DNA of 56,056 nt from an uncultured Bacilli bacterium (GCA_944363835.1 CALVVJ010000001.1:1-56056), one strand, 5' to 3'; shown: positions 46,955 through 56,056, counted from the first letter of the stretch. Made by a program: numbers and translations. Notes: generated by a model from the letters alone, not told the origin.

Positions 46955-49051
46955 ATGTTTAATAAATATAGTTTTACTATTAGTAAGATATTTAAAAAAG
47001 CCGAAGAAGAAATGTTTAATCTTCATCATCCTTATGTTGGTAGTGAACACTTATTACTTAGTTTATTAAAGTATGATAAAGAAATTATTCAGATTGCTAC
47101 CAAATATAATTTAACTTATGATAATTTTAAAAAGGAACTTCTTTTAGTTGTAGGAAGTGCCACTAAAGCTAGTTCTTTTGTTTTATATACTCCTCTTTTG
47201 AAAAGAGTTATATCCTTAGCGACTGATGATGCTAAAGAAAGTGGTGAAGAATTAAACTCTAAGCATCTATTTCGAGCCATTATTGAAGAAGGTGAAGGTA
47301 TTGCTATTCGTCTTTTATATGGCATGAATATTAATTTAGATAATTTGTATGATGAATTAAGTATAACTGAACGAAAAAACAATCAAAAACTAGAAATATT
47401 TAAAATAGGAAAAGACTTACAAGACATTATCGACTTTAATGATTTAGTAATAGGAAGAGAAAAAGAACTCAATTTAATTATTGAAACCCTCATTCGTAAA
47501 AATAAGAATAATCCTATCTTAGTTGGAGAAGCTGGAGTAGGTAAGACCGCTATTGTAGAAGAATTAGTACGCCGCATAAAAAGAAAAAATGTTCCTGAAA
47601 GTCTACAAAATAAGCGAATTATTATGTTAGAAATGGGCTCTTTAGTTGCGGGAACTAAATACCGTGGAGAATTTGAAGAAAAATTAACAAAAGTAATAAG
47701 AGAATTAGAAAGTAATCCAGATATTATTTTATTTATTGATGAAATACATACAATTGCTAATGCCGGTGGAGCAGAAGGGGCCATCAATGCCAGTGATATT
47801 TTAAAACCTTACTTAGCTCGGGGCAAAGTAAAAATTATCGGAGCCACTACAACTAATGAATATAATAAATTTATCGCCAAAGATAAAGCTTTAATGCGCC
47901 GTTTTGAATTAATTAAAGTAAGTGAACCAACACTAAGTCAAACTGAAGAAATATTAAATAAAATAAAACCAAGTTTTGAAAAACATTATAATCTTAAAAT
48001 AACTTCTCAAAATATTGTTGATATTGTCAAATTAACTGACAAATATATTATTGATCGTCGTAATCCTGATAAGTCTATCGATATTCTTGATTCTGTTTGT
48101 GCGATGAAAGAAGTAAGTAATACTTCTAATAATATGTTAAGCAAACTACAAATGGAAAAAGAAAGTATCATTGATCAAAAAAAGTTAATGGTCAAGCAAA
48201 ATAATTTCAAAAAAGCCTTAGATTATCATAATGAAGAAATAAAAATAACTAATAGAATTATGCAAGCTAATAAAAAATTAATAAAAATTAGTGAACAAGA
48301 TATTTTAAATTTAATAAGCCGAAAATGTAACATTCCTTTAGGAAATAAAAGAAAAAAATATAAGGATTTAGAAAAACACTTACTTAATAATCTTATTGGC
48401 CAAGATGAAGCTATTAAAAAAATCATTAAAAATATGTTAAATTACTCAGAAGATAAGCCCATATCTTTTCTTCTTACTGGGTCAACTGGTGTTGGTAAGA
48501 CTGAAACTGTAAAATTAATAAGTAAATACTTAAATATAAATTTATTAAGACTAGATATGAGTGAATATAATGAAAGTATTACGGTAAATCGTCTGATAGG
48601 ATCTAGCGCCGGTTATATTGGTTATGATGATGGTGCTATATTTGATAAAATAAAAATGGAACCCTATACTTGTTTATTAGTTGATGAACTAGAAAAAGCT
48701 TCCCCAAGTGTAATTAATCTATTTCTACAAATATTAGATGAAGGATTTATAACTAATGCTAAAGGTGAAAAAATAGACTTTAAGAATACGATGATTTTTA
48801 TGACTAGCAATATAAAAGGCACTCATAGAATAGGTTTTATGAAAAATAGCAACACTTATAATAATGATTTTAGTAAAGAATTTATAGCTAGATTCACAGA
48901 TATTATCGAATATAACGATATAACTGATGATATGTTAGATATCTACTTAAAGAAAAATAATATAAAAGATAAAAATATTATTAAAGACTTTGATGTTCAT
49001 AAAAATGGCTTCCGAGGTTTAAAAAATTATTTAATGAAGACTAAAATTTAA
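46955..49051 (+). CDS. clpC: ClpC-like AAA+ ATPase (Clp N-domain plus two AAA modules), short form
   Basis: It has a Clp_N repeat (HPYVGSEHLLLSLL / SKHLFRAIIEEGEGIAIRLL). D1 has Walker A (GEAGVGKTA) and Walker B (ILFIDEIH). D2 has GSTGVGKTE and LLVDELEKA. A candidate ClpP-docking IGF tripeptide is present. It is 698 aa, against about 810 aa for typical ClpC. Confidence 0.85.
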   Translation: MFNKYSFTISKIFKKAEEEMFNLHHPYVGSEHLLLSLLKYDKEIIQIATKYNLTYDNFKKELLLVVGSATKASSFVLYTPLLKRVISLATDDAKESGEELNSKHLFRAIIEEGEGIAIRLLYGMNINLDNLYDELSITERKNNQKLEIFKIGKDLQDIIDFNDLVIGREKELNLIIETLIRKNKNNPILVGEAGVGKTAIVEELVRRIKRKNVPESLQNKRIIMLEMGSLVAGTKYRGEFEEKLTKVIRELESNPDIILFIDEIHTIANAGGAEGAINASDILKPYLARGKVKIIGATTTNEYNKFIAKDKALMRRFELIKVSEPTLSQTEEILNKIKPSFEKHYNLKITSQNIVDIVKLTDKYIIDRRNPDKSIDILDSVCAMKEVSNTSNNMLSKLQMEKESIIDQKKLMVKQNNFKKALDYHNEEIKITNRIMQANKKLIKISEQDILNLISRKCNIPLGNKRKKYKDLEKHLLNNLIGQDEAIKKIIKNMLNYSEDKPISFLLTGSTGVGKTETVKLISKYLNINLLRLDMSEYNESITVNRLIGSSAGYIGYDDGAIFDKIKMEPYTCLLVDELEKASPSVINLFLQILDEGFITNAKGEKIDFKNTMIFMTSNIKGTHRIGFMKNSNTYNNDFSKEFIARFTDIIEYNDITDDMLDIYLKKNNIKDKNIIKDFDVHKNGFRGLKNYLMKTKI

Positions 49052-49177
49052 GAATTTTACAATTTGGTTAACATGTCTATTTAGGCATGTTTTTCGCATT
49101 TATTTAATTATAAAAAACTAATAGTTGTTTTTCGCCTTTTTATTTGTTATTATGTATCTAAAGGAAGGAACTTTAAG

Positions 49178-49309
49178 ATGAATAAAAGACAAAAAATTTT
49201 TTTAGCAATTACTGGAATAGTTTTATTAACAATTATGGGATTATTTATTTATTTTTTGATAACTAATCCAGAAGTTGAAAAAGAACCTGTAAGTGTAATG
49301 GGTAAATAA
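49178..49309 (+). CDS. Possible 43-aa single-TM small protein
   Basis: An aaggaagga SD lies 8 nt upstream of the ATG. The product is MNKRQKIFLAITGIVLLTIMGLFIYFLITNPEVEKEPVSVMGK. Its stop is 1 nt before the NUDIX gene start. Confidence 0.4.
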   Translation: MNKRQKIFLAITGIVLLTIMGLFIYFLITNPEVEKEPVSVMGK

Positions 49310-49310
49310 T

Positions 49311-49721
49311 ATGATAGAAGTAAAATTATATAATTTGGGTTATTGTAATGAATCTGAATATACTAGAGTAGTTTGTGTATGTCGTTATCGTGGTAAATAC
49401 GTATTTTGTTATAATAAAAAGAGAAATGGTTGGGAAATTCCCGGGGGACATATAGAGAGTGGAGAAACTTGGCAAGAAGCAGCTAAAAGAGAAATGTATG
49501 AAGAAACAGGTGCAACAAAAATTAAAGTAACTCCAGTTAGTGTATATAAAATTAGCACATTTGCTTTATTGTGTTTTTGTGAAATTTTAGAAATGGAAAA
49601 ATTACCAGAAAACTATGAGATGTCAAAAATTATGTTTTCAGATGATTTACCAAATAATCTAACTTATCCAGATACTTTTAAATTGTATTTTAAAACTGTT
49701 AAAGAAAAATTGAATTTGTAA
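49311..49721 (+). CDS. NUDIX hydrolase
   Basis: It carries the Nudix box GGHIESGETWQEAAKREMYEETG. Confidence 0.88.
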   Translation: MIEVKLYNLGYCNESEYTRVVCVCRYRGKYVFCYNKKRNGWEIPGGHIESGETWQEAAKREMYEETGATKIKVTPVSVYKISTFALLCFCEILEMEKLPENYEMSKIMFSDDLPNNLTYPDTFKLYFKTVKEKLNL

Positions 49722-49779
49722 TAGGTTAATTTAATTTAAAAAGTATAGAGATAAATATTTATAAATAAAAAGACAAAAA

Positions 49780-49813
49780 GTAACCGTAATAAAATAGCAT
49801 TACGGTTACTTTC
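49780..49813 (+). terminator. Rho-independent terminator of the NUDIX gene
   Basis: The hairpin gtaaccgtaat-aaaatagc-attacggttac is followed by TTTCTT. Confidence 0.7.
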
Positions 49814-50048
49814 TTATAGAAAATTACTTTAATTAATTCAAAACGGCGCACACATTTGTTCGATGCGATTAATTTATCAACTAAAGGGGATGAAAAAATA
49901 TAGTTGAGATACTTAATTGTTTAAGTAATAATTGTTAACTTGATAAAAAATTTATAAACAATAGAATAAAAATATTAGGTTGGCGACCATCCGAAGTTGG
50001 CACCTTGTAGTGATGCAAGGCGCCAAACTTGTTTGGCTTTTGTTCTTA
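49810..50048 (+). mobile_element. Decayed tnpB-less miniature IS605-family derivative (copy C) with a truncated omega-RNA-like right end (49977-50045)
   Basis: Its left end (tttcttatagaaaattactttaattaa...tatcaactaaagggg) and right end (taggttggcgaccatccgaag...ccttgtagtgatgcaagg.gccaaacttgtttggcttttgttc) match copies A and B. The promoter boxes are mutated and the middle hairpin is deleted. Confidence 0.6.
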
Positions 50049-50104
50049 ATTATACAGCTTATTAGTCACACATTAATATTATTTGGCATTAAGGGACCAA
50101 GGGG

Positions 50105-50127
50105 TAAAAAAAAACACCAATAGGTGT
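50105..50127 (-). terminator. Rho-independent terminator of the tRNA pair
   Basis: On the minus strand, acacc-tatt-ggtgt is followed by T9. Confidence 0.6.
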
Positions 50128-50143
50128 AATGAACTAAAAAAAA

Positions 50144-50220
50144 TGGTCGAGAAGACAGGATTTGAACCTGCAACCCCTTGGTCCCAAACCAAGTGCACTA
50201 CCAAGTTGTGCTACTTCTCG
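50144..50220 (-). tRNA. tRNA-Pro (anticodon UGG), CCA encoded
   Basis: The reverse complement folds as a cloverleaf: acceptor CGAGAAG/CTTCTCG, D stem GCAC/GTGC, anticodon stem CTTGG/CCAAG with loop TTTGGGA, T arm GCAGG-TTCAAAT-CCTGT, and a 3' ACCA. It is 77 nt. Confidence 0.95.
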
Positions 50221-50234
50221 TTTGTAAAAATAAA

Positions 50235-50311
50235 TGGTACGCCCAAAGGGATTCGAACCCCCAACCTCTAGATCCGTAGTCTAGCGCTCTATCCAGTTGA
50301 GCTATGGGCGC
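50235..50311 (-). tRNA. tRNA-Arg (anticodon ACG), CCA encoded
   Basis: The reverse complement is GCGCCCATAGCTCAACTGGATAGAGCGCTAGACTACGGATCTAGAGGTTGGGGGTTCGAATCCCTTTGGGCGTACCA. The anticodon stem is CTAGA/TCTAG with loop CTACGGA. It is 77 nt. Confidence 0.93.
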
Positions 50312-50332
50312 AGAATTTCCCAATGCATTATC

Positions 50333-50361
50333 ATTATATTACAAAAAATAGATAATTGCAA
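50333..50361 (-). promoter_or_regulatory. Promoter of the tRNA-Arg/tRNA-Pro operon
   Basis: On the minus strand: TTGCAA, a 17-nt spacer, then TATAAT, about 21 nt upstream of the tRNA-Arg 5' end. Confidence 0.6.
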
Positions 50362-50654
50362 CTGTTTTTGCTAAAAAACTGGATAGAGCAAGTAGCACAA
50401 TAGTAGTACACTTGGGCTATTCTATAAACCTAGCCTTTAAAAATTGGTTCATATATTTCTTTTAAATCACTTTCTAAAATAGCAAAATCAATACCATGAT
50501 TATGAATTTCTCCAATTCTAGGGCCACTTAAAAAAGTTCCTATTTTGAAACACATTGAATAATTCTATTTTCTATAGTTTTTATAAAGTCAATATTAACA
50601 TATTAGCATAAATAAAATGAAAAAATTGTCAAAAAAAGACATATTGCTTAAACT

Positions 50655-53237
50655 TTATACACCAATAGCAATATGTTTCTTTTTTAAGATATATTTTCTT
50701 AACCAATCTACCGGAAATACTGTCAATGCTATAATGAAAACTAATATTAATTCATTTATTTCCAAGCCATAAGTTCTAAATATTTCCCCACCATTGTAAA
50801 TAATATACAATTGGGCCACAAATATAAAAGTGAATATACATACAAATACTTTATTTTTACTTAAATTAGCAAATATGTTAATTCTTGATGTTCTAGCATT
50901 AAAAGCATTAAATATTCCCATAAATATGAACATCGCAAAATATGCAGTCATTAAGTATTTATTGTTATCTCCCGCTCTAATTAGCGATTTAACTATTGGA
51001 AGTTTTAAAAATAGAATACAAATTATTGCACAATAAAGACCTGTCCAAATAATTTCACTATACATATATCTATTCATTATCTTAGTGCTTTTACTTTTCG
51101 GTGGTTCTTCCATATATTCTGGAAGTGGTGGTTCAAAAGAAAATGCTATACCTGAGAATGTATCCATAATCATATTTAACCAAAGCATTTGCACAATTGT
51201 AATTGGTGTAGCAATTCCTATTAAAGATCCTACAATTGAAAGAATTAAAGCACATGTATTAACAGTAAGTTGATAAATTATAAATTTACGAATACTTTTA
51301 AAGATTGTCCTTCCATACAAAATAGCTTTACTTATTGATAGAATGTTATTATCAAGAATAACAATATCTGCAGCTTCCTTAGCAACTTCAGTTCCACTTC
51401 CCATAGCAAATCCCACATTGGCTTTTTTTAAGGCTGGAGCATCATTAACGCCATCACCAGTCATGCCCACAACTAATCCCATGTTTTCGATGATGCTAAC
51501 TAATCTACTTTTATCTTGAGGAAGTGCTCTAGCAATAACTGCAATACTTGGAAGTCTTTTGGCAACTTCCTCATCACTTAATTTTGCTAAATCTGAACTA
51601 CTTAAAACTAAATTTCTATTTATTGTGATTAAACCAACCTCTTTTGCAATTGACTCAGCAGTGTCTTTTGCATCCCCTGTAATCATTATTGGCTGAATTC
51701 CAGCGCTTTTAATAAGGCGAATTCCTTCAGATGCTTCTTTCCGAAGTTCATCTTTGATATTGACAAAACCAATAAATACTAAATTATTTAAATCTTTACC
51801 ATAAGCAAATGTTAAAACACGCCCAGCTTTTTTAGTATACATATCAATTCTTTTTTGAATAAGACTTTTACTAGATAACTTACTGATATTACCGGAACTA
51901 TTTAATATTTCATTACACTTTGGCAATATTACTTCACTAGCACCTTTGATAAAAATAGTGCCATCAGTTAAAGTAATACTACTATATTTTTGGGTACTGT
52001 CAAATGGTTCTTTTTTCAAAACATTTTGCTTGATACTTGAATCAATTCTAGCAAAATCTAATAAGGCTCTATCGGTAGAATTACCCCCGATAATACTCCC
52101 ACTACTATAAATACTTGCATTATTTATAGATAATGAGGTATATACTTTCGAATAAATTGGACTTTTTTTTATGCTTGATATATCTTTGAAACTTTTTCCA
52201 TCACCAGAAATAAATTCTGTTACTTTTAAAACGCCTTTAGTAAGAGTTCCTGTCTTGTCAGTTAATAGTACATTTAGACTACCAGCAGTTTCAATGCCTA
52301 CAAGTTTACGTACTAAAACATTATCTTTAAGCATCCGTTTCATATTGCTCGATAATACTAAAGTAATCATCATAGGTAATCCTTCTGGGACTGCTACTAC
52401 AATAATCGTTACTGAAAGAGTTAAAGCATATAGAAGATGATCAAACATAACTGGAAAATCAGTAATTGTTGCTTTAATTAAAGATATATCAAAATTGTTT
52501 TCTACCACAATACTTGCAAATAAATAAGATAAACTAGCAAGTATTGCTCCAACATAACCAATTTTACTAATTGTTTTAGCAAGTCCTCGTAATTTTATTC
52601 TAAGAGGACTTTCAGGAATTTCTTCTTGTAATTCTTGAGATATTTTACCAAGAATTGTATTATCTCCAACTAAAGTTATTTTGGCTTCGGCTTCGCCACT
52701 ATAAACTACCGAACCGCGATATATTTTATTTTTTTCTAAAACGTTACCTGTATAACAACTTTCTTTTTTTGCTTCCTTAGTCTCACCATTTAAGGCTGAT
52801 TCATCGAGTGATAAATTTCCTTTGATTAGATAACCATCAGCTGGTACTTTATCACCACTACTAAGAATAACTATATCTCCTACAACGATTTCGTTGATGG
52901 GTATTTCAATTATGATACCATTTCTTTTGACTCGAGTCATAGTTTTACTTGATTCTTCTTGTAAACGGTTGAATGCTTGTTCTGAACCATATTCTGAAAT
53001 ACTTGAAATAAAGGAAGCAAGTAAAATGGCAATTAATATACCAATTGTTTCATACCAATCAAAGTTACGAAATAATACTATCACTTTAATGGCTAATGCC
53101 ATTAAAAGAATCTTAATTATTGGATCTCCGAGGGATTCTAATAATAGCTTCACAAAAGTATTCTTTTTTACTTTAGTTATTTCATTTGTTCCATATTCTT
53201 GCCTTGATTTAACTACTTCAGCATCATTTAATCCCAT
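50655..53237 (-). CDS. Calcium-type (P2) cation-transporting P-type ATPase
   Basis: The motifs DKTGTLT (phosphorylation site), VPEGLPMMITL, MITGDAKDTA and TGDGVNDAPALKKA are present. The GGGAGGA SD fits ATG 53237 (MGLNDAEV) better than the ORF-track start 53258. Confidence 0.9.
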   Translation of the reverse strand: MGLNDAEVVKSRQEYGTNEITKVKKNTFVKLLLESLGDPIIKILLMALAIKVIVLFRNFDWYETIGILIAILLASFISSISEYGSEQAFNRLQEESSKTMTRVKRNGIIIEIPINEIVVGDIVILSSGDKVPADGYLIKGNLSLDESALNGETKEAKKESCYTGNVLEKNKIYRGSVVYSGEAEAKITLVGDNTILGKISQELQEEIPESPLRIKLRGLAKTISKIGYVGAILASLSYLFASIVVENNFDISLIKATITDFPVMFDHLLYALTLSVTIIVVAVPEGLPMMITLVLSSNMKRMLKDNVLVRKLVGIETAGSLNVLLTDKTGTLTKGVLKVTEFISGDGKSFKDISSIKKSPIYSKVYTSLSINNASIYSSGSIIGGNSTDRALLDFARIDSSIKQNVLKKEPFDSTQKYSSITLTDGTIFIKGASEVILPKCNEILNSSGNISKLSSKSLIQKRIDMYTKKAGRVLTFAYGKDLNNLVFIGFVNIKDELRKEASEGIRLIKSAGIQPIMITGDAKDTAESIAKEVGLITINRNLVLSSSDLAKLSDEEVAKRLPSIAVIARALPQDKSRLVSIIENMGLVVGMTGDGVNDAPALKKANVGFAMGSGTEVAKEAADIVILDNNILSISKAILYGRTIFKSIRKFIIYQLTVNTCALILSIVGSLIGIATPITIVQMLWLNMIMDTFSGIAFSFEPPLPEYMEEPPKSKSTKIMNRYMYSEIIWTGLYCAIICILFLKLPIVKSLIRAGDNNKYLMTAYFAMFIFMGIFNAFNARTSRINIFANLSKNKVFVCIFTFIFVAQLYIIYNGGEIFRTYGLEINELILVFIIALTVFPVDWLRKYILKKKHIAIGV

Positions 53238-53406
53238 ATGCTTGTCCTCCCAAAACAAGTATATGTTTGACCATTAAAAATATTCTTTTAAGAATCCAAT
53301 TTGGACAATAAATCGCACTTTATTTTTAAAGAACACATATTACTATATTAAAATGTACTTGGTAAAAACCAAATCATTTGTTATACTTTATATAAGGTGG
53401 TTTATT

Positions 53407-54210
53407 ATGACTAAGAAAAATAAAAAAGAACGTTTACAAGATCGTTTAAAAGAACAAATAAAAACTCATAAAAAAGCATTTGCTCTTTATATGTTTTTAA
53501 GATTATTAGTATTAATAACTCTTGTATTACAATTGCTTCATGGTAATTATGAAAATGCTTTTTTATGTATTCTAACTCTAATTTTATTTTTGATTCCTAG
53601 TTTTTTCGAATCCAAATTTAAATTAGATTTACCAGAAACTTTAGAAATAGTAATTTTATTATTCATTTTTTCAGCAGAAATCCTCGGCGAAATTCAGAAT
53701 TTTTATAGCGTATTTTCCAATTGGGATACAATTTTACACACTATTAATGGATTTTTATGTGCCGCAATTGGTTTTTCTTTAATCGATATTCTAAATCGCT
53801 ATGAGAAATTTCATCTTAATTTATCACCAATATTTGTTGCGATTGTGGGCTTTTGCTTTTCGATGACTATTGGTGTTTTATGGGAATTTTTCGAATATGG
53901 AGCCGACAAGTACTTTCATACCGATATGCAAAAGGATCAAATTGTTGAAAATATCTATTCTGTTTCCCTAAATCCCGAAGGAAAAAATGTTCCAATAAAA
54001 GTAGAAGATATTACGGAAACTCAGATAATTACAGAAGATAACACTTTTGTTGTTTCTGGGTATTTGGATATTGGTTTAATTGATACTATGGGAGACTTAT
54101 TAGTAAACTTTGCTGGAGCAACCGTTTATTGCATAATTGGTTTTATATATGTAAAAAAACGTGATAATGGCAGTTTAGCTCAAAAATTTATAGTAAGAAT
54201 GAAGGACTGA
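53407..54210 (+). CDS. Multi-pass integral membrane protein of unknown function
   Basis: It has several hydrophobic helices. The AAGGTGG SD fits ATG 53407 (MTKKNKKE) rather than 53353. Confidence 0.6.
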   Translation: MTKKNKKERLQDRLKEQIKTHKKAFALYMFLRLLVLITLVLQLLHGNYENAFLCILTLILFLIPSFFESKFKLDLPETLEIVILLFIFSAEILGEIQNFYSVFSNWDTILHTINGFLCAAIGFSLIDILNRYEKFHLNLSPIFVAIVGFCFSMTIGVLWEFFEYGADKYFHTDMQKDQIVENIYSVSLNPEGKNVPIKVEDITETQIITEDNTFVVSGYLDIGLIDTMGDLLVNFAGATVYCIIGFIYVKKRDNGSLAQKFIVRMKD

Positions 54211-54212
54211 TT

Positions 54213-54884
54213 ATGAAAATATTCTTAAGATTTGGAAATGTTTTGGTCATAATATTAATACTATTGTTAGTTTTTATAGCTCTTGACCATTTTAATTATT
54301 TACCTAGTCAAATATTTAGTGATTCAGATTTCGATATTGAATTTATTCCCAGTTCCAAGGATGCTGATGCTGATGGTGTTGATGATTATACTGATATATT
54401 AAATGGTGCTAGGGAATTTGTGGGTCAAAAACCTAAATATAAAAGTGCCTATTATAGTGGGGGATACCCAGATGATGATTATTATGTTTGTACGGACTTA
54501 ATTTGGTATGCATTAAAAGAAGCCGGATATGATTTTAAATCTTTAATCGATGAAGATATAAAAAATAATAAGGAAGATTATGATATAGATATCCAAGATA
54601 CTAATATCGATTTTCGAAGAGTGCGAAATATCCAAGTGTTTTTAGATAAGTATACAGAAAAACTTACAACTGATGCTGAAGATATTGCAGCCTGGCAAGG
54701 CGGAGACATTGTAGTTTATGAAAACCACATAGGCATAGTTAGTGATAAAAGAAATGAAGATGGTCAAAATTATCTTATTCACCATGATGGTTATCATAAA
54801 TATGAAGAGGATGGCCTAACTCGTAAAAAAATAATCGGACATTATCGTTTCAACCTAAATTTAGATGATTTAAACATTGAATAA
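54213..54884 (+). CDS. DUF1287-family protein with an N-terminal anchor
   Basis: GGYPDDDYYVCTDLIWYALKEAGYDFKSLIDEDI ... NIDFRRVRNIQVFL ... GDIVVYENHIGIVSD follows the DUF1287 pattern. Confidence 0.75.
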   Translation: MKIFLRFGNVLVIILILLLVFIALDHFNYLPSQIFSDSDFDIEFIPSSKDADADGVDDYTDILNGAREFVGQKPKYKSAYYSGGYPDDDYYVCTDLIWYALKEAGYDFKSLIDEDIKNNKEDYDIDIQDTNIDFRRVRNIQVFLDKYTEKLTTDAEDIAAWQGGDIVVYENHIGIVSDKRNEDGQNYLIHHDGYHKYEEDGLTRKKIIGHYRFNLNLDDLNIE

Positions 54885-54986
54885 TTGCTAGAAAAGTCAA
54901 AAAAATCATAAAATAACTGTAAAATAGACAATTGTGGTTCAAAAAATGACCCAAATGTGATATAATTTATTGATGTGAGGGGAAAA

Positions 54987-55475
54987 ATGACAATTAATAA
55001 AGAAGTAGAATTTAATAATATAATAAGTGATATATTAAAAAATGCGGCATTTATAGATTTAAAATATGAAATCCACCATGGTATTTCACGTTTGGATCAT
55101 TCATTAAATGTAGCCAGACTTACCTATAAAGCCTGCAAAAAATTACATATAAAAAATTATGAAGAAATTACTCGGGCAGCTTTATTACATGATTTTTTTA
55201 GAACTGAAGATGTTCCTGATAAGTGTTTCTTAAATCATCCGTTGAAAGCGGCAGAAAATTCCAAAAAGAATTTTGAAATATCCGAAATGCAAGAAAATAT
55301 AATCGCAGCTCATATGTTTCCTGTTACTAAAGTATTACCTAAGTATACTGGTAGTTGGATAGTAAGTGGAGCAGACAAAGCTGTAGCTATATATGAATGT
55401 ACTAAATATAAAGTACCACTTACTATTGGTGCTGCCTTCCTATTTTTTATGAATATCTGTTTTATTCAACGATAG
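54987..55475 (+). CDS. HD-domain phosphohydrolase-like protein
   Basis: It has H..N.A ... ALLHDFF (HD motif). The GAGGGG SD lies before ATG 54987. Confidence 0.75.
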   Translation: MTINKEVEFNNIISDILKNAAFIDLKYEIHHGISRLDHSLNVARLTYKACKKLHIKNYEEITRAALLHDFFRTEDVPDKCFLNHPLKAAENSKKNFEISEMQENIIAAHMFPVTKVLPKYTGSWIVSGADKAVAIYECTKYKVPLTIGAAFLFFMNICFIQR

Positions 55476-55559
55476 TTTGTAAACAATCGAATCCAATCGG
55501 TTGTTTATTTTTTTGAATTTTTATGATATTATGTAAATATAGTAGAGGAAGTGGTAAAG

Positions 55560-56056
55560 ATGTCTAAAATTGACAATGAAGCAATTAATAGTATAAAAAT
55601 ATTAGCGCTAGATATGATTGATAAAGCCGGTAGTGGTCATCCTGGTATAGTTTTAGGAGCAGCTCCAATGATTTATGCGCTATATAAAGACCATTTAAAA
55701 GTAATTCCTAGTAAGCCCGATTGGATTAATCGTGACCGCTTTGTTATGTCGGCTGGTCATGGTTCAGCTTTACTTTATTCGATGCTTTATCATGCTGGAT
55801 ATGATATCGATATGGAAGAATTAAAACACTTTCGGGAACTTAATTCTTTGACTCCCGGTCATCCTGAATATCGTGTTACCCCAGGAGTAGATGCTTCAAC
55901 TGGTCCTTTAGGTCAAGGAATTGGTATTGCTGTAGGCATGGCCATGGCTGAAAGATACTTAAATGCAATAAAAAAAAAAAAAAAGAAAAACAGTAGCTTT
56001 ATTGATTATTACACATACTGTCTATGTGGTGATGGCGATTTAATGGAAGGAATTAG
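55560..56056 (+). CDS. tkt: Transketolase, N-terminal part (runs off the window end)
   Basis: The blocks DMIDKAGSGHPG, NRDRFVMSAGHGSALLYS, TPGHPE, TGPLGQGI and GDGDLMEGI are present. The frame remains open to the end of the window. Confidence 0.9.
   Translation, partial: MSKIDNEAINSIKILALDMIDKAGSGHPGIVLGAAPMIYALYKDHLKVIPSKPDWINRDRFVMSAGHGSALLYSMLYHAGYDIDMEELKHFRELNSLTPGHPEYRVTPGVDASTGPLGQGIGIAVGMAMAERYLNAIKKKKKKNSSFIDYYTYCLCGDGDLMEGI
55970..55984 (+). repeat. A15 homopolymer inside tkt
   Basis: Fifteen consecutive A, then gaaaaa, encode IKKKKKKN in frame. Confidence 0.95.

Noticed and set aside
50083-50271. A 62-aa plus-strand ORF
   Set aside because: It runs antisense across tRNA-Pro and into tRNA-Arg. 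It is an artefact of the tRNA sequences.
50440-50565. Short minus-strand ORF (about 41 aa, MCFKIGTFLSGPRIGEIHNHGIDFAILESDLKEIYEPIFKG) between the ATPase and the tRNA promoter
   Set aside because: It has no SD and no recognisable family. It is possibly a gene fragment, and the evidence is insufficient to call either a CDS or a pseudogene.
1-56056. Possible Mollicutes-type genetic code (TGA = Trp), given the very low GC content
   Set aside because: TGA terminates well-defined genes (spoIVA at 15289, CDS ending at 42874, CDS ending at 54210). Trp in conserved positions of rpoB and rpoC is TGG. The standard code 11 fits.

Overview
This is a strongly AT-rich window (roughly 70% A+T by eye). It uses the standard bacterial genetic code: TGA serves as a stop and TGG as Trp. 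It looks like a chromosomal segment of a low-GC Bacillota endospore-former, because spoIVA is present and the spoIVA/hup and ybxB-rpoB-rpoC neighbourhoods resemble Bacillus.

Core genes that can be read directly:
- spoIVA, hup, an RsmC/YbxB-like methyltransferase, rpoB, rpoC, murD
- lysS carrying an extra C-terminal tRNA-binding domain
- a polar amino-acid ABC transporter followed by an arginine deiminase operon (arcA, arcB, arcC and a YfcC-type carrier)
- a short ClpC-like ATPase, a NUDIX hydrolase, tRNA-Arg(ACG) and tRNA-Pro(UGG)
- a Ca-type P-type ATPase, DUF1287 and HD-domain proteins, and the 5' part of tkt

The left arm (1-13.5 kb) is accessory. It holds a complete diversity-generating retroelement (DGR):
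- The gene order is a MutS-domain-I-like small protein, Avd, the reverse transcriptase (RT), a 95-bp template repeat (TR), a small ORF, then a membrane-anchored target protein carrying the variable repeat (VR).
- All 14 TR/VR mismatches fall on TR adenines.
- A GC-rich hairpin follows the target gene.
- After the DGR come a SWIM/SNF2 helicase, a DUF4143 AAA ATPase, an Rpn-type PD-(D/E)XK nuclease, a serine hydrolase and an XRE-type membrane regulator.

A second notable system is an IS605-family tnpB-only element with a 3' omega-RNA-like module (44.8-46.2 kb). Two tnpB-less miniature derivatives also occur, at 8.1-8.36 kb and 49.8-50.05 kb. One of them keeps a consensus promoter in front of an intact omega-RNA scaffold, making it a candidate orphan guide RNA.

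Also notable is a class B sortase with a long cytoplasmic N-terminal extension, placed divergently from a small substrate whose sorting motif is the unusual EVETG.

All homology calls come from motif recognition by eye. No database searches were run.
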